Positions 51,201 to 64,000 of a DNA stretch of 64,000 nucleotides are shown here, in pieces; position 1 is the stretch's first letter, and the number at the start of each line of letters is the position of its first letter. Where the stretch lies: the NCBI GenBank assembly GCA_951406725.2, contig OX597815.1:91636001-91700000 (forward strand). Reading direction: 5' to 3'. Below the pieces are notes generated by a model. It had not been told where the DNA came from. It saw only the letters and a list, made by a program, of their open reading frames with translations, and ran no database searches. This DNA is from Octopus vulgaris. Its lineage: Eukaryota. The translations under genes and the position numbers were made by a program.

Positions 51201-53317
51201 TGTGCATATATATATATGAATAAATACCTCCAGTACTATCAACTCACAACACCAAATGGAACACTTGACCTACTAGAAGTAGCAACTAAATCCCTTGAAT
51301 CATATGCTATTTAATGTTTTATACTTTTGATTACATATAGGACACATTAAACAACTTTATCTTAGACATCCCACAAAGTTTGGGCTGCCTTTGATCCATT
51401 GGTTTATTCAGTCCTTGTTGCCTTGGGCTATAAATAGACAACAATGGCCAATACTAGCTCTGCATCACTGATACTACTACCACAACCACCATTCCCATCA
51501 CCACCACATTAATACTACCACCATCACATCAGTACCACTATCACATCAATTCCATCACCACTATCAACACATCAATACAATCACTACCACCGCCATCACC
51601 ACTCCCATCATCATTGCTACTGCTGCTATTTAGAGCTGCAAGGTATATACTAACTTTAGCATCAAAACAGCTGGAGATAGGTTAACGACTACAGAAGCAA
51701 AATGAACCTAACCTCTCCTTTTTCTTTCTCTCCCCTTTTCTCTTTCACACATACTTTCTCTAGCACTAACGTGCACTCTCCATCTCACTCACTCTCACAC
51801 ATATGTTCTCTCTCTACCTCGCATACTGTCTCTATATCTTGCACACACACACACATTTTTTGTGTATATGTATACATACATACATGCATGCATGCATACA
51901 TACATACATATATAAAGAGAGAGATATATACACCCACGCACACTCATACAAGCATGTATATGTATATAAAAACATATACACTCCTACGCAAGCACACAGG
52001 TATATGTGCACTCTCTCACACACACACATGGGCTTGGTCACACAAAGAATTCTTCTAAACTATAATACACTCCAATAAAAAGTAAAAATTTAAAATAATG
52101 ATATCTAATAAAAATGATGATGATGATGATAGTAATGATGATGATGATGATAATAATAATAATAGTAATGATGATAATAATAATAATGTTAATAATAATA
52201 ATAATAATAATAAATAATAAATATTAACAGCATCAGCTTGAGAATGACAGATTTGTTGCTTCATGATTGAATTTTCTAGTTGAATTCTCTGATTTTCAGT
52301 TCCATCCCAAATGCCTTGTGGCACCACAAATGGTGGAAACACAACTTCTTGTGCAATTGAGTTGCAGTGCTACACTGTGTGTTTTACAGATGTAGGCTGC
52401 TAACCTAATGTCTGGATTTAGTTCTCTTTCTAAGAAGGCTGTAATTTTTTTTCACTGTGTCTTTTTACCCTTTTTTCTTTTTTCAACATGACTCTTGATT
52501 TGATCCTGTCATTTCAAGCTGACAAAATAACCACCAGTTGTAAATAGCTACCACTGCATGAAGCAGAAAACTATGCTACGTTCTGTTACTTGTTTAGATA
52601 GAAACACACATCAACAAGGGAGTTTGTGTGCATATAGCTGTTTGGTATGTATGATGTGCAAGAAATAGCAGTTAAATTTCTCTCAGATCACACCCTAGTG
52701 TCTGAAGGACAGAAAAAACACATTAGATAATGTGTCCTAAATGAAGAGGGTGAGACAGCAGATTTATTAGAGTATAGGATAGAATGTCTTGTGGTATTCA
52801 TTCTGGACCTCTGCACTCTAAATGCAAATCCTGTTGAGGTTAACTTTGACTTCCATTTTTTTAGCATTGCAGATTCAGCACTTTGGATATATTCCATTTT
52901 TCATCACATTGGATTAGTAGTTCCAGGTCAATAAGATTTGATATTGACAGCTAAGATGAAGCTTTCACTTTCTGCCTTTAGTTGTGGGCTCCATAGCCAC
53001 TGATGGGTATGCTTCTGGTCAACATCAGTATGTTAGTTACAGGTTGCATTTTTACCATGCAGCAATTTCTGCCCCCTCCTACTAGACAATTATTCAAACA
53101 TTTTTTTTCTTTGCTATTAATTTTAGTTTCTTTGCAACAACAGTTACCACACTTCCCTCAGGCTGTTCAGCCTGGGTTATCATTCATGAAATCAGTGCCA
53201 AATCTTTTGCCTTCCTCCAAGATAAAATGAAGTTTCTTAACCTCTCATGATTTTCAATGAGTTTTAGTATCCAGTCATTTGTTGTTTTAAGATATTTACT
53301 AATACTATTATTATTAT

Positions 53318-53462
53318 TATTGAGCTCAAATTCTGCCAAGATGAGCTTAGCCTTTAATCTTTTTGTCAATAAAATAAGTACCAGTTGAGCATCGAGTTCG
53401 ATATATATACTAGACCCCCTCCCTTGAAATTTCAGGCACTGTGTCTATAGTAGAAAGAAAAG
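53318..53462 (+). mobile_element. Family A SINE 3' part
   Basis: gagctcaaattctgccaag...aataagtaccagttgagc...atttcaggcactgtgtctatagtagaaag. Confidence 0.75.
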
Positions 53463-53673
53463 AAAATCATTGTTATTATAATATCTGACATACTTAGCTT
53501 ATTGCTGGAGGAGTCATTAATGTATCAGTTATGAACTAAGGTGGTGTGTTCTTTTAAGTCTTAAGGACTTTTCCGTGATTTCTTTGCACTACCAAATAAT
53601 GTTGTTTTCTGGATGTGCACTATTTTCATTTTTGTGTTTATCTTTTCCAACCACTTTTCAATTACTTAGGGCA

Positions 53674-53676
<3 letters not shown>

Positions 53677-53762
<86 letters not shown>
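53677..53762. repeat. (TC)n microsatellite
   Basis: Directly visible. Confidence 0.95.
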
Positions 53763-53765
<3 letters not shown>

Positions 53766-54139
53766 AGTTGAGAACCCAAAGAAAGAAGTTCTAGTTCCTC
53801 ATGCTTAAGATTAATAAGATTCCCTTTGACTACAGGGTCTGTTTGATCAGGTTTGATCTGGAGCTAAACAAGGAAAACCTATTTGGAGAGAGAGAAACAA
53901 ACCAGAAGTTGAACTGCAAAAATTAGCAGTTAAATCTCACATAAATTACAAAGTCTCTTTGAAAAATACACAGATATATATTTGTTAATGTACTCCTAGA
54001 TACATTTATATCTGAAAAAGGGACATTAAGGTTATGACTCAATGGCAAATATCGTAGATTTCCTTGATGTAGGCTGACCTGGGGCTAATCAACAATAATC
54101 TATTTAGGGATAGGTGCAATTAACCATTAAGTGAATGAT

Positions 54140-54308
54140 CATGGCTATGAGGTTTAAAAGTACACTTTGCAGTGATGCAGTTTGGAGTTCAATTCCACTA
54201 AACATCACTTTGAGCAAGTAACTTCTAACATAGTTTAAGGTTGATCAGTGACCTGTAAGTGAAATTTAGTTGACAAATATTTTACAGATGCTATTACATT
54301 TATGTGTG
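54140..54308 (+). mobile_element. Family B SINE head, decayed, directly upstream of the RTE
   Basis: atggctatgaggtttaa...gagttcaattccact...ttgagcaagt...gtaagtgaaatttagttgac. Confidence 0.6.
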
Positions 54309-54309
54309 C

Positions 54310-56388
54310 CATTATGAAAGACTACTGAATGTGGAGAATGAATGGGAGGAGGAGAGCCTGCCAAATGTTGACCCAGTAGAGGGACCAGCTATCAAATAGA
54401 CAGCTCCCTGGTAGATAAAGCAATTAAGGGTATGAAGCCAGGAAAAGCCCCCGGCCCATCAGGAATCACTGCTGAGATACTTAAAACATCTGGTGGTGTG
54501 GGCTATGGCCACTCGTATTGTAAACCAGGTAGTTCATGATGGAGTCATACCCAATGACTGGCATAGCAGCACCATAGTCAACTGCTACAAGTGTAAAGGT
54601 GATGCTCTAGATAGAAATAACTACAGGGGTATCAAACTGCTGGATCAGGTGATGAAGGTCACGGAGAGAGTCTGCTTAGATGAGATGCAGTTCAGTTTTG
54701 TGCCAGTACCACTGATGCTATATTCCTGGTTCAACAACTGCAGGAGAAATACCTAGCTAAAGATAAACCCCTATTCTTAGCGTTTTGTGGACTTGGAGAA
54801 AGCCTTTGACAGGGTCCCTCATCCCTTATCTGGTGGGCAATGCGGAAACTGGGGATTGATGAATGGTTAATAAAGGCTGTATACACCATATACAGAGAGG
54901 CCGTTAGTAAGGTTAGGATTGGCAATGAGTATAGTGAAGAATTCCGGGTAGAAGTATGGGTCCACTGAGAATCAGCCTTCAGTCCCCTTTTATTCATCAT
55001 AGTCCTCCAGACAATTACAGAGTAATTCAAGACAGGTTGCCCCTGGGAGCTCCTCTATGCTGATGACCTGGCCCTCATAGCAGAATCACTACCAGAAGTA
55101 GAGAAGAAATTTCAGGTGTGGAAGCAAGGTTTAGAATCAAAAGGCCTTAGAGTAAATGTAGCAAAGACCAAAGTTCTAGTAAGTAGGAAGGTAAAAACAT
55201 CACACACACCCTCAGGTAGGTGGCCCTGCTCAACTTGTAGAAAAGATGTAGGTAGAAACTCCATGAGATGTACCCAGTTTAAGCTATGGACACGAAAGAG
55301 GTGCAGTAAGATTAACCGGGAAGATAGCTTCCGTGTGTGGCAGATGCATAGGGGCAATAAACACCACAGATGCTCAGAAAGCAGATTCCATCACATTCTA
55401 GGAAGAGAAACTAGAAGTAGCTGATAGCTTCCACTACCTAGGTGACCAAATAAGTAGTGGAGGTGGATGCTCTGAGAGTGTTACCACTAGAATACAAATA
55501 GCCTGGGCAAAGTTTAGAAAGCTTCTACCCCTACTGGTGACAAAAGGCCTCTCGCTCAGATCCATGTGTGCGAACTGCCATGCTTCACGGCAGTGAAACA
55601 TGGGCTATAACTGCAGAGGACATGCATAGGCTTGAAAGAAATGAAGCTAGCATGATCTGCTGGATGCATAATGTCAGTGTGCACACACGACAGAGTGTAA
55701 GCGCTCTGAGAGATATGTTGGACATAAGAAGCATCGGATGTGGCATGCAAGAGAGACGACTGTGCTGGTATGGTCATGTACTACAGATGGATGAGGAGAG
55801 CTGTGTGAAGAAGTACCACTCCCAAACAGTTGAAGGAATCCGGGGTAGAAGTAAACCCTGGAAGACATGGGATGAGGTGGTGAAGCATGACCTTCAAATG
55901 TTGGGCCTCACAGAGGAAATGACAAAAGACCAAGACCTCTGGAGATATGCTGTGACTGCGAAGACCCGGCAAATAAAGTGAGTTCATGGCTGTATCCTAC
56001 ACCAGTTTCGCATAACCAGCTCCAGCCCATTCAAAAGTACCTTGGATCGTAGGGTGACTTGCTGTGCTTCAGGAGACCTATTGAGTCAAGTACATCAACA
56101 TGAAAATCAAATAGAAATTGTAGTTGTGATACCTGTACCAGTGGTACATAAAAAGCACCATCCAAAAGTGGCCAATACCAGCGTTGCCTTGACTGGCACC
56201 TGTGCCGGTGGCACATAAAAAGCACCTACTACACTCACGGAGTGGTTGGCATTAGTAAGGGCATCCAGCTGTAGAGACACTGCCAGATCAGACTGGAGCC
56301 TGGTGCAGCTTCCTGGCTTCCCAGACCCCAGTCACACTGTCCAACCCATGCTAGCATGGAAAACAGATGTTAAACAGTGTTGATGATG
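54310..56388 (+). mobile_element. RTE-clade LINE, 5'-truncated, RT pseudogene plus 3' UTR
   Basis: GKAPGPSG, NYRGIKLL, AFVDLEKAFDR, ELLYADDL, Cys-rich insert WPCSTC...C, FHYLG, MLHGSETW, LCWYGHV; stops and frameshifts; (GAT)-type tail. Confidence 0.95.
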
Positions 56389-57202
56389 TGTGCACCAGTA
56401 CACATGCCAGCTTGGAAAGCAGATGTAAAATGAGGATGATGATGATGATGAGAGTATGTGTGTGTATGTATGATTCTATGTCTGTGTGTGTGGCTGTGTG
56501 TGTCTGTATGTATAAACATTTATATAGAAATATACACATACAGACTAATGAAAGATATATTACATCAGCTAAAAATTTCCCATAAATAAGTGAATTGAAA
56601 GAAAACATATCTTGTATTTATTCAGGTCAAGTTGTACAGGGATTCCCTTCTCTCACCTCTCTCTCTCTCCCTACCCCTCTCTCTCTCTCTTATGCAGTGA
56701 ATAATTGATTGGCCTGTTTGAAACGTGCAACCAATAACTCTTTTGTTCACAGAATGCATGACATAAAATAAATATAAATAACTGTCTTTTCCACTGACTG
56801 TCACCAATAACTTGAGTTATTGTGACAAGATGGGAACCACTGATTGTCTGGTGAACTATGATCTCTTCAAATCTTTAATATTGGTACTTGATTGTTAACC
56901 TAAACAGCAAAAGTAGGAGTGGAATAAGTTTGACCATCTTATTAGCAAGAAAATATTTATTCTCTGAAATACACAAGAATACAATAGAAAATTGAATCAT
57001 CTGAGATATGACAGAAAAGTCATAAAGAAACTGTGTTTTTATTACATTTTTTCAATAAATTCTGAGTGGTCTCCGTTTGATTTTCTTCTATTTTTTCATC
57101 ATTTTGTCAGAGAATGTGCTTTCCACCCCATGGCTACTTTAATTCATTATATGAGAATAAAAAGGATTGTAATACCAATCTGATTTCCTGCTGGAATGAT
57201 AT

Positions 57203-57935
57203 ATCAGGTCATCCCGTAAGTTCCATCCAAATTTTGAATAAAGAAAACAAGTGATCAAATGTTATATTTAATTGAAATTTAATTATCAATGTACTGTCCC
57301 TCATTATCTAGAACTTCCTTCCATCTATTTACAAGCTTTTTAATCCCTTCAATGTAAAACCCTTTTGGTTTCAAAGTGAAGAACTCTGAAATCTCAGTTT
57401 CGACCTCCTCCTGGTTTGCAAAAGTTATCTCCCCCAAATGATTCTGTAAACTACGAAACAAATGGTAGTCTCAAGGAGCAAGGTCGGGAGAATAAGGTGG
57501 ACGAGGAATTTTTTCCAAACCAAGCTCTTTGATCTTCAGTGATGTGATCTTTGCAGTGTGGGATTGCACATTGTCCTGATGGAACATCACTCCTTTTCGA
57601 TTCACTAAAGCGGGTCTTTTTTCCATCAAAGCTTGGTTCAAACACTCTAATTGCTGACAGTAGACTTGAGCATTGATCGTTGCATTTGGTGGTTACAATT
57701 CAAAGTGAATTAACTCCTTTGCAATCCCACCAGATAGAGAGAAGAACCTTTTTTCCATGAAGTTCCCTTCTCAGTTGTGATTGAGCTTTTTCCCTTTTAC
57801 CAAGCTACTGTTTATGACGTTTAACATTTCGATTGAAGATCCATTTTCCATCACCAGTCACAAGTCTATCCAAAAAGGGTGAAATGAGTTCACAAGAATG
57901 GAGAGAAGAGCAGATGTCAACTCTGGATTTACAGT
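57203..57935 (-). mobile_element. Mariner (DD34D-type) transposase remnant, 3' part plus terminus
   Basis: LDRLVTGDGKW, PPYSPDLAP*DYHLFRSLQN, FYIEGIKKLVNRWKEVLDNEGQYI*. Confidence 0.9.
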
Positions 57936-59584
57936 TCCTTTTGGGGTTGCCATGCAGCTTGCAAGACAACCAACCCCAAGGGAGGGAATCAGTTTCATGC
58001 TAGGGAAATGAAGGGATAAATAAGTATGTGGGAAATGGTGTGCAGAGCAGGTTCTTGTAGAAGAGTTGCAAGTTTATTCACATTTAGTAAAGGAAGGAAA
58101 GAATGATCAGTAGGAGTTGCAAAGAGATATTAGTTGAAATTTATAGAAAAACTAAAGACGAAGGCAGGTGTATGAACAACAACAAGCAAGTGTAATAGTT
58201 TGACACTTGGGAAGGTTAGAAAGGAATAAGAGAAAATAAACAGAGAGAGAATGAAAAAAACTTGTAGATTTCAGCAGTCCAGCATGACAAATAATTAAAT
58301 ATAACAGTTTGGGTTTGATAATAGTATATATATATATTTTTATATATAAAACATCATATCATGCAAGTTAAATAATTTCAAAAGTTTTATACCGCTCAAT
58401 ACAGAAGTGTAGAGAAATGCATTTGTATCTCTAAAGGAATACAGGTTAATATCTGGACTATCATTAGTTTTTTACCCTTGATCTTCAGACCCTGTTATTG
58501 AGTTTTCTCTTTAGTTGAGATATCCATACCTAGTACACTTTACATACACTTATATACGTGTGTGTGTGTGTATTTATATGAGTATGGGGTGGGATGTTTA
58601 GTATAACAAACAAGAGGAACAATACTTAATACATATTGCACAGCATTGGTGGCATTTTTATTGCCTGAAGGACCCTATCAAACAAGAATTTTTGACTGCT
58701 GATAGAGTGGAATATTAACTTCATACAAGTGCATACATGTGCTTGTATGTGTGTGTGTGTATTGAGTGCTTTTTCCATGCCACCAACACTAAGAGGAAAA
58801 ATAAAAAGCTCCCACTACTAAGTGCAGGGATGAAGTATTAGAGAGTTATAGGTGATTAGGTGCCAGATGCTGAAAGACTAAAGTGTGATAGCTAGAGAGA
58901 CAAGCAGAGGCGTCTTACTATATAGGAGGCACATGACTAGAAAAACAGAGATTTAACAATAATGATGATTATATATCTATATAGGTCTTGAGGCACCTCA
59001 CCACTCATTGTGGTCCTTCATAGTAGATTAACAGTATGCCAGTATGTTAGTACCACTCCTGTATATTCTGTAACCAAAGGAGAGTGGTGAAACCCATTCT
59101 AATGTTAACACATAAAATAAATTTATTCAGCATTTGAAGTTTAAACACTAGTTTATTGATTAATAAAGCCAAACTATTAAATTATTCTTCTTCTATTTAA
59201 ATATCCCTTCCTCATATAAACTACAAATATACTGTGGAGCATTAAACAGAATGCAAGATGACAGAATCAGGAGAGTGTCACACAAATCAGTAGAGGAACA
59301 TGCAAATTAGTTGATTGATAAACAAACTGGTAGAGCACCTGATACATTTGGAAAGTACCTGACAAATTGGTAGAGTACCAAACAAGTATCCTTTTGGGGA
59401 CTATTTGCATTTTTTCACATATTCCACCATGATTGACTTTGTTTTTCATCTCTCTGGAGTAAATGTAAATAAGATGTACTAGTAGTATACTGGAGGCCAA
59501 TTCAATTCTCTATATCCTTCCCTATAAATTTGTGGCTTTAGGCCAATGTAAGAAATCGATATATCACATCAGTATGTCTTTTCT

Positions 59585-60375
59585 TAATATTTTAGTTATA
59601 TTACGTCACTCCAACATTGAAAATGTTATTTCTTTAAAGAAAATTGTTGATTTTGTTTTGTTTTTTTGTTATTATTCTACATTATTCTACTTGACATTTC
59701 ACAAGAAAGAAAATATATATATGTGTGTGTGTGTGTATTGTTTTTTGGTGTCTCATACACTATTGAAATCCTTGGTTTCAAGAAATAATATGAGTTTGCA
59801 TCTAACTAATGTGTTGGCATCACATCAAGCTGCTTTACAACTATACTGTGTGTGTGTGCATATACACACACACACATACACACATTAATAAAAAATGACA
59901 GTGATACGATGATACAAATTATATGTGTGTGTGTGTATGTTTGCATACACACACACACATAATACTTGTATGTATCACATTAATTTGTATCATCGTATCA
60001 CTGTCATTTTTTATTAATATATTGGTTATATGACATCACTCCAGTATTTAAAATATTGTTTCCTTAAATGAAAGTGATGATTTTCATACATTATTCCACT
60101 TCACTTGTCACAAGTAAAATATCTATTGTTTTTGAGTATGTCATATAGTGTTGATTCTCAGAAACCAATATATTAGTTACATCACATCAATATGTTAGTA
60201 TCAATATGTTATATCAATATTATATTTCACATCAATATATTTATATAATGCCACTGTATATCTTTTTATCAATATGTTAGCTATATCACATCTCTGCAAC
60301 ATTTAAAAATGTTATTTCATTAAATAAAGTCAAAGATTTTTATATATTATGCTACTTGACCTTTCACAAGAAAAA
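59585..60375. repeat. Three diverged tandem copies of an AT-rich unit
   Basis: aatat..tagttatat.acatcactcca..att.aaaatgttatttc..taaa...attatt.tacttgac recurs near 59587, 60016 and 60271. Confidence 0.7.
59884..60018. repeat. Perfect 38 bp inverted repeat enclosing a (TG)n/(CA)n hairpin
   Basis: 59884-59921 is the exact reverse complement of 59981-60018. Confidence 0.95.
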
Positions 60376-60737
60376 TTTTGTTTGTTTTTTTTTTCTGTTT
60401 TTATTTTTGGTTCTTTTTTTCTTATTCCTTCAAATCGAATATCGGAATTCGTAGAACGCGTCTGTGAAGCTCACTTTCCATGTAGTAGTTTTCAAAGTTT
60501 CTTTGTCACTACCCTTCACTGTGTTTACAATGGAATCTTTTTGAGAAGTTCGTTATTTGTTGACCCTCATAAAGATCATTGTTGTATGGGAGGGACTGTG
60601 AAAGTTCAGTTGCATGTCTTTGAACTCTTTACAGAAGTCAGTTCTTTACAATCGAATTCACTAAATGAAATAACAAGCTATTTATAAAAGAGAATTCAAT
60701 TTCTTCATTTGTGATATTTCTTGTCTTCTTGTCTTAG

Positions 60738-60741
<4 letters not shown>

Positions 60742-60807
<66 letters not shown>

Positions 60808-60955
60808 CACTGTCTGTATGTGTGTGTGTGTGCACGCACTGTCTGTGTGTATATGTGTGTGTGTATGTGTGTGCATGCACTGTCTGTGTGTGTGCATGCA
60901 CTGTGTGTATGTATGTGTGTGTGTGTGTGTGTGTGTGCTGTCTGCGTGTGTGTAT
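60742..60955. repeat. (TG)n microsatellite with a higher-order gcactgtc interruption
   Basis: Directly visible. Confidence 0.9.
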
Positions 60956-61920
60956 GTTTTATTTGAACTTAGTTTTCTGGGCATTGAACTATTTAAATCT
61001 TGAGTAATATTGATCTTCAGTTTGTGGTAGGAGTGAATAGGAGGTGGGGAGATGAGCGAGATCATGATAGTTGGGATGCTTATGAGGAGGAGGATTATTA
61101 TGAAGAGAAAAGTCCTTTCTAATCTCAAATATTTAGCTTTACACTATATATTTTCTATTTTCTTTTTTTTTTTTTTTTTTTTCCTAAATCATTTTTCTAT
61201 GATAAAGGTCAGATTAATTAATACTCTATTGAATCTACACTGATAAAATGAATCCTCGTGGATGGTTTCACCAAATATTTTGCAAAATCTGCTCTATTCT
61301 CTGCTGCACTGTTTCTCAGTGAAGGATTTTATCTCAACAAGCTTTTTACAATGCTTCCAAAAATGGGAATCATTGAACCCAGTTACAGAAGAAAATTTTT
61401 CAGTCCTTATATAGAAATTGAACTTTCTGTTTATTTGAAAATCCAGTGGAGAAATATCTTGGATTTAAAGAGTAGTTTTCTGAATGTTTACTTGATGTCC
61501 AAGTGGTTAACCAACTTTCTAAACATTCAGAAGCAGTTTAGGAAAACTGAAAAGACAAATCTCTAACCACTGAAAAATATCTCATTTTCTACTCTACTGG
61601 CAAATAAGATTATAAATAAATAAGAATGACCATTAAACACTAGCACTATAACATCTACCTCCACAACTCAGTTTTCATTTTCAGTGCCACAAAAGTCCAG
61701 TCTGTGTAGAATACTTTGAATTCAAATCCCATTGAAGATTTTCCTAAAACATACTTCACTGATAAAATTAATCTTGTTCTACCAATCAATCAATCAATAT
61801 TTATTTCATGAGAATGTGATAAATAGGGTCAATTGTTTGACCTCTATTAGTTAGAGAGTGAGTACTGATGCCTTTGTTTAATTTCAATCTGATTGTAACA
61901 GATTTCTTATGAGTCTTTAT

Positions 61921-62084
61921 TTAACTGTTATATAGTGTTGCTGGTCATTGTTCAGTTTAATTCATCTGTTATATATTGTTGCTGGCTTTCATTAAGTTTA
62001 ATTCAACTGTTATATATTGTTGCTAGTTTTCATTCAGTTAAATTTAGCTGTTATATATTGTTAGTGATCTTATATTTAGTTTTA
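61921..62084. repeat. 41 bp minisatellite, 4 copies
   Basis: ctgttata anchor at 61925, 61966, 62007 and 62048. Confidence 0.9.
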
Positions 62085-64000
62085 TTCTTATAGGTCTATA
62101 ATAATTATTCTTTAATTTAATGTTGTGTTTTAATCTCTCTTTTGGTAGCAACATGTATTTAGTCTAATTCAATTCTTGATTTACATTTAGATTAAGTTGG
62201 GGCCAGGGGAGACTTTGTTTAGGGTAATTTAATTTGCTTGTCCTTGAGTGGGATCTGAATGAGCTAGCTATAATAAAAAGCTTTTACAGCTGGGATCAAC
62301 CTGTATTTTTTCCTCAATAGTTTTAGACATAGAGTGTGATTTGAGAGACTTGGCTGCTATGTCACATGGCAACAAAGGCTCCCTTGAGTGCTGTTAATTT
62401 CTTTTTATCCAATTTAGATAGAAAATTTAAATGTGATGCCTGGTTTTACACCAACCCTTGAGCTCTCATGGAATTCATTCTGTTCAAGCATTCAAGTCAG
62501 ATATCTTGTCAAAGGACAACTTACCCTGCATTTACTCTCCTATCATACTTGGAAGCTCTGCAAGGGGTCATGGGTGTCGTCCTTTCTTCTCTAAAGCCAT
62601 TAAACGAATGTATGAAGTGTTATATATCACTGGTAGTTTTTATTCAGTCTTATAAGCTTTATAATTGTGATGGCGTTTTACTGCTGTCTTTGAGTACTGA
62701 AGAAAACATCTTCTGAAGTTACTTCTACTATCCTACCAGTCAGCTTCAGAATCAGTGATTGCTGTTAACAACTATTTGTATCCAATATTTTATTGCCATA
62801 ACATACATTCTGCCTTTTAACCTGCTACAAAACCCTTCACAATAGGCTTCTAATCAGAAAGCCATTCTTACTGCAAAAGTACTATTATATGCCAAGTAGC
62901 TTCATTTTTATCCTTTGATTCACCAAACTTGTTTCTTATATTTATGATTAAATGGTTTGTCTTTTACTTCAAAACCTTTGGCAGTTTCAGACAAAAAGTC
63001 TACTTCTTTACCCTGCGTCATTCAAAAAGAAAACTTATTAATAATTGTGTATATTCTTTCCTCTAAGTTCTCTTTTACATGTGGAATTCATGTTAATTAA
63101 ATAATTTCTCCTAAACTTTTTATATTTCTTAGTACAATCTGACATGGATGGGGTATATGGGTGGGGCTATTGTTCTTGGTCTATGATTTTCCCCACTCAC
63201 TCAGTTGTGAATAGCATGTAACAATTCAGTACATCAATGAAGCATCTCTTTTATTTCCGTTTCGCAATGAGCAAACAAACCCCTGTAGTTAGCATGCAAT
63301 AACAGATTTCGGCACCTTGCCATATTATGTTTGTGTTTCTGATGTTGATGATGACTATGATAATTATGATGATGATAATTGCCATTATTATTATGAATGG
63401 GGAAGCTTCTTTTCTGTCAATAATTTTTTATTTATATTCTAGGTTTGCACCAAAACTCTGTAAGAGTGTGTGTGTGTGTGCGTGTGGACATGCGGGTGCA
63501 ACTAAGTACTTCATAGTTGTATGCATTCACATTAGTAGTGGTGGTGGTGTAGTGTTGGTGGAGGTGTTGGTGGTGGTGGCGGCGGCAGTGGTAAGAGGAG
63601 GAAGGAAGAGACTGTGTCCACAGATCTTTTTTGTTTCTTTGTCCTTCATAACTTTAGACTTTGTAATGGTTGGCTGAAGTTATTGTTTAATTGTAATTGC
63701 TGTTGTTTACTAAGTGAAGGAATAAAACAGTAAAAATACTAGTTGATGTGTTGTTGTTCTGTTTGGTATTGGGATGAAACAGTAGAATAGGGTAAAGGAA
63801 TTAAAAGTTGTAATTATAAATTTAAGTGATTATAAAATATCTAGGTCATTTCTACTTATTCAGATCTATGATAGAGAAATATCTGAGTGAGTGGTGGGTC
63901 GCTGTTGTGGGGTTGTCCTTTTCATCACTATACTAAAGGCCAAGTTGTTTTGGTATCATCCAGTATTCACTTCATCATTTAACCTATGCCATGCTGGGGG

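Noticed and set aside
55568-55981. 137 aa ORF as a host or domesticated gene
   Set aside because: It is the C-terminal piece of the frameshifted RTE ORF
61258-61566. 102 aa ORF
   Set aside because: No recognisable domain or splice context; more likely decayed repeat

Overview
AT-rich, repeat-dense eukaryotic non-coding DNA. The SINE/LINE families and microsatellite load look to me like an octopus (coleoid cephalopod) genome; this is recognition, not a database result. I cannot support any intact host protein-coding gene: nearly all listed ORFs are microsatellite translations or decayed transposon fragments. Mobile elements present: three R4/Dong-type non-LTR retrotransposon 3' fragments in (ATT)n tracts, a ~2 kb dead RTE LINE with many truncated 3' ends, DD37D/maT, mariner and piggyBac remnants, three non-autonomous Helitrons, several MITEs, at least four tRNA-derived SINE families and Penelope-type termini with hammerhead-like cores. 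Best leads: (1) a recursive-splice-site-like motif (long pyrimidine tract, then AG|GTAAGT) at 26114/26115, with a few weak + strand exon candidates suggesting the window lies inside a very long intron; (2) several near-perfect, apparently young fold-back hairpins, including a pre-miRNA-sized one at 48639-48717; (3) SINE (ATT)n tails acting as landing sites for Dong-like elements; (4) minimal hammerhead ribozyme motifs. I see no evidence of a complete novel gene system. Boundaries of decayed repeats are approximate.
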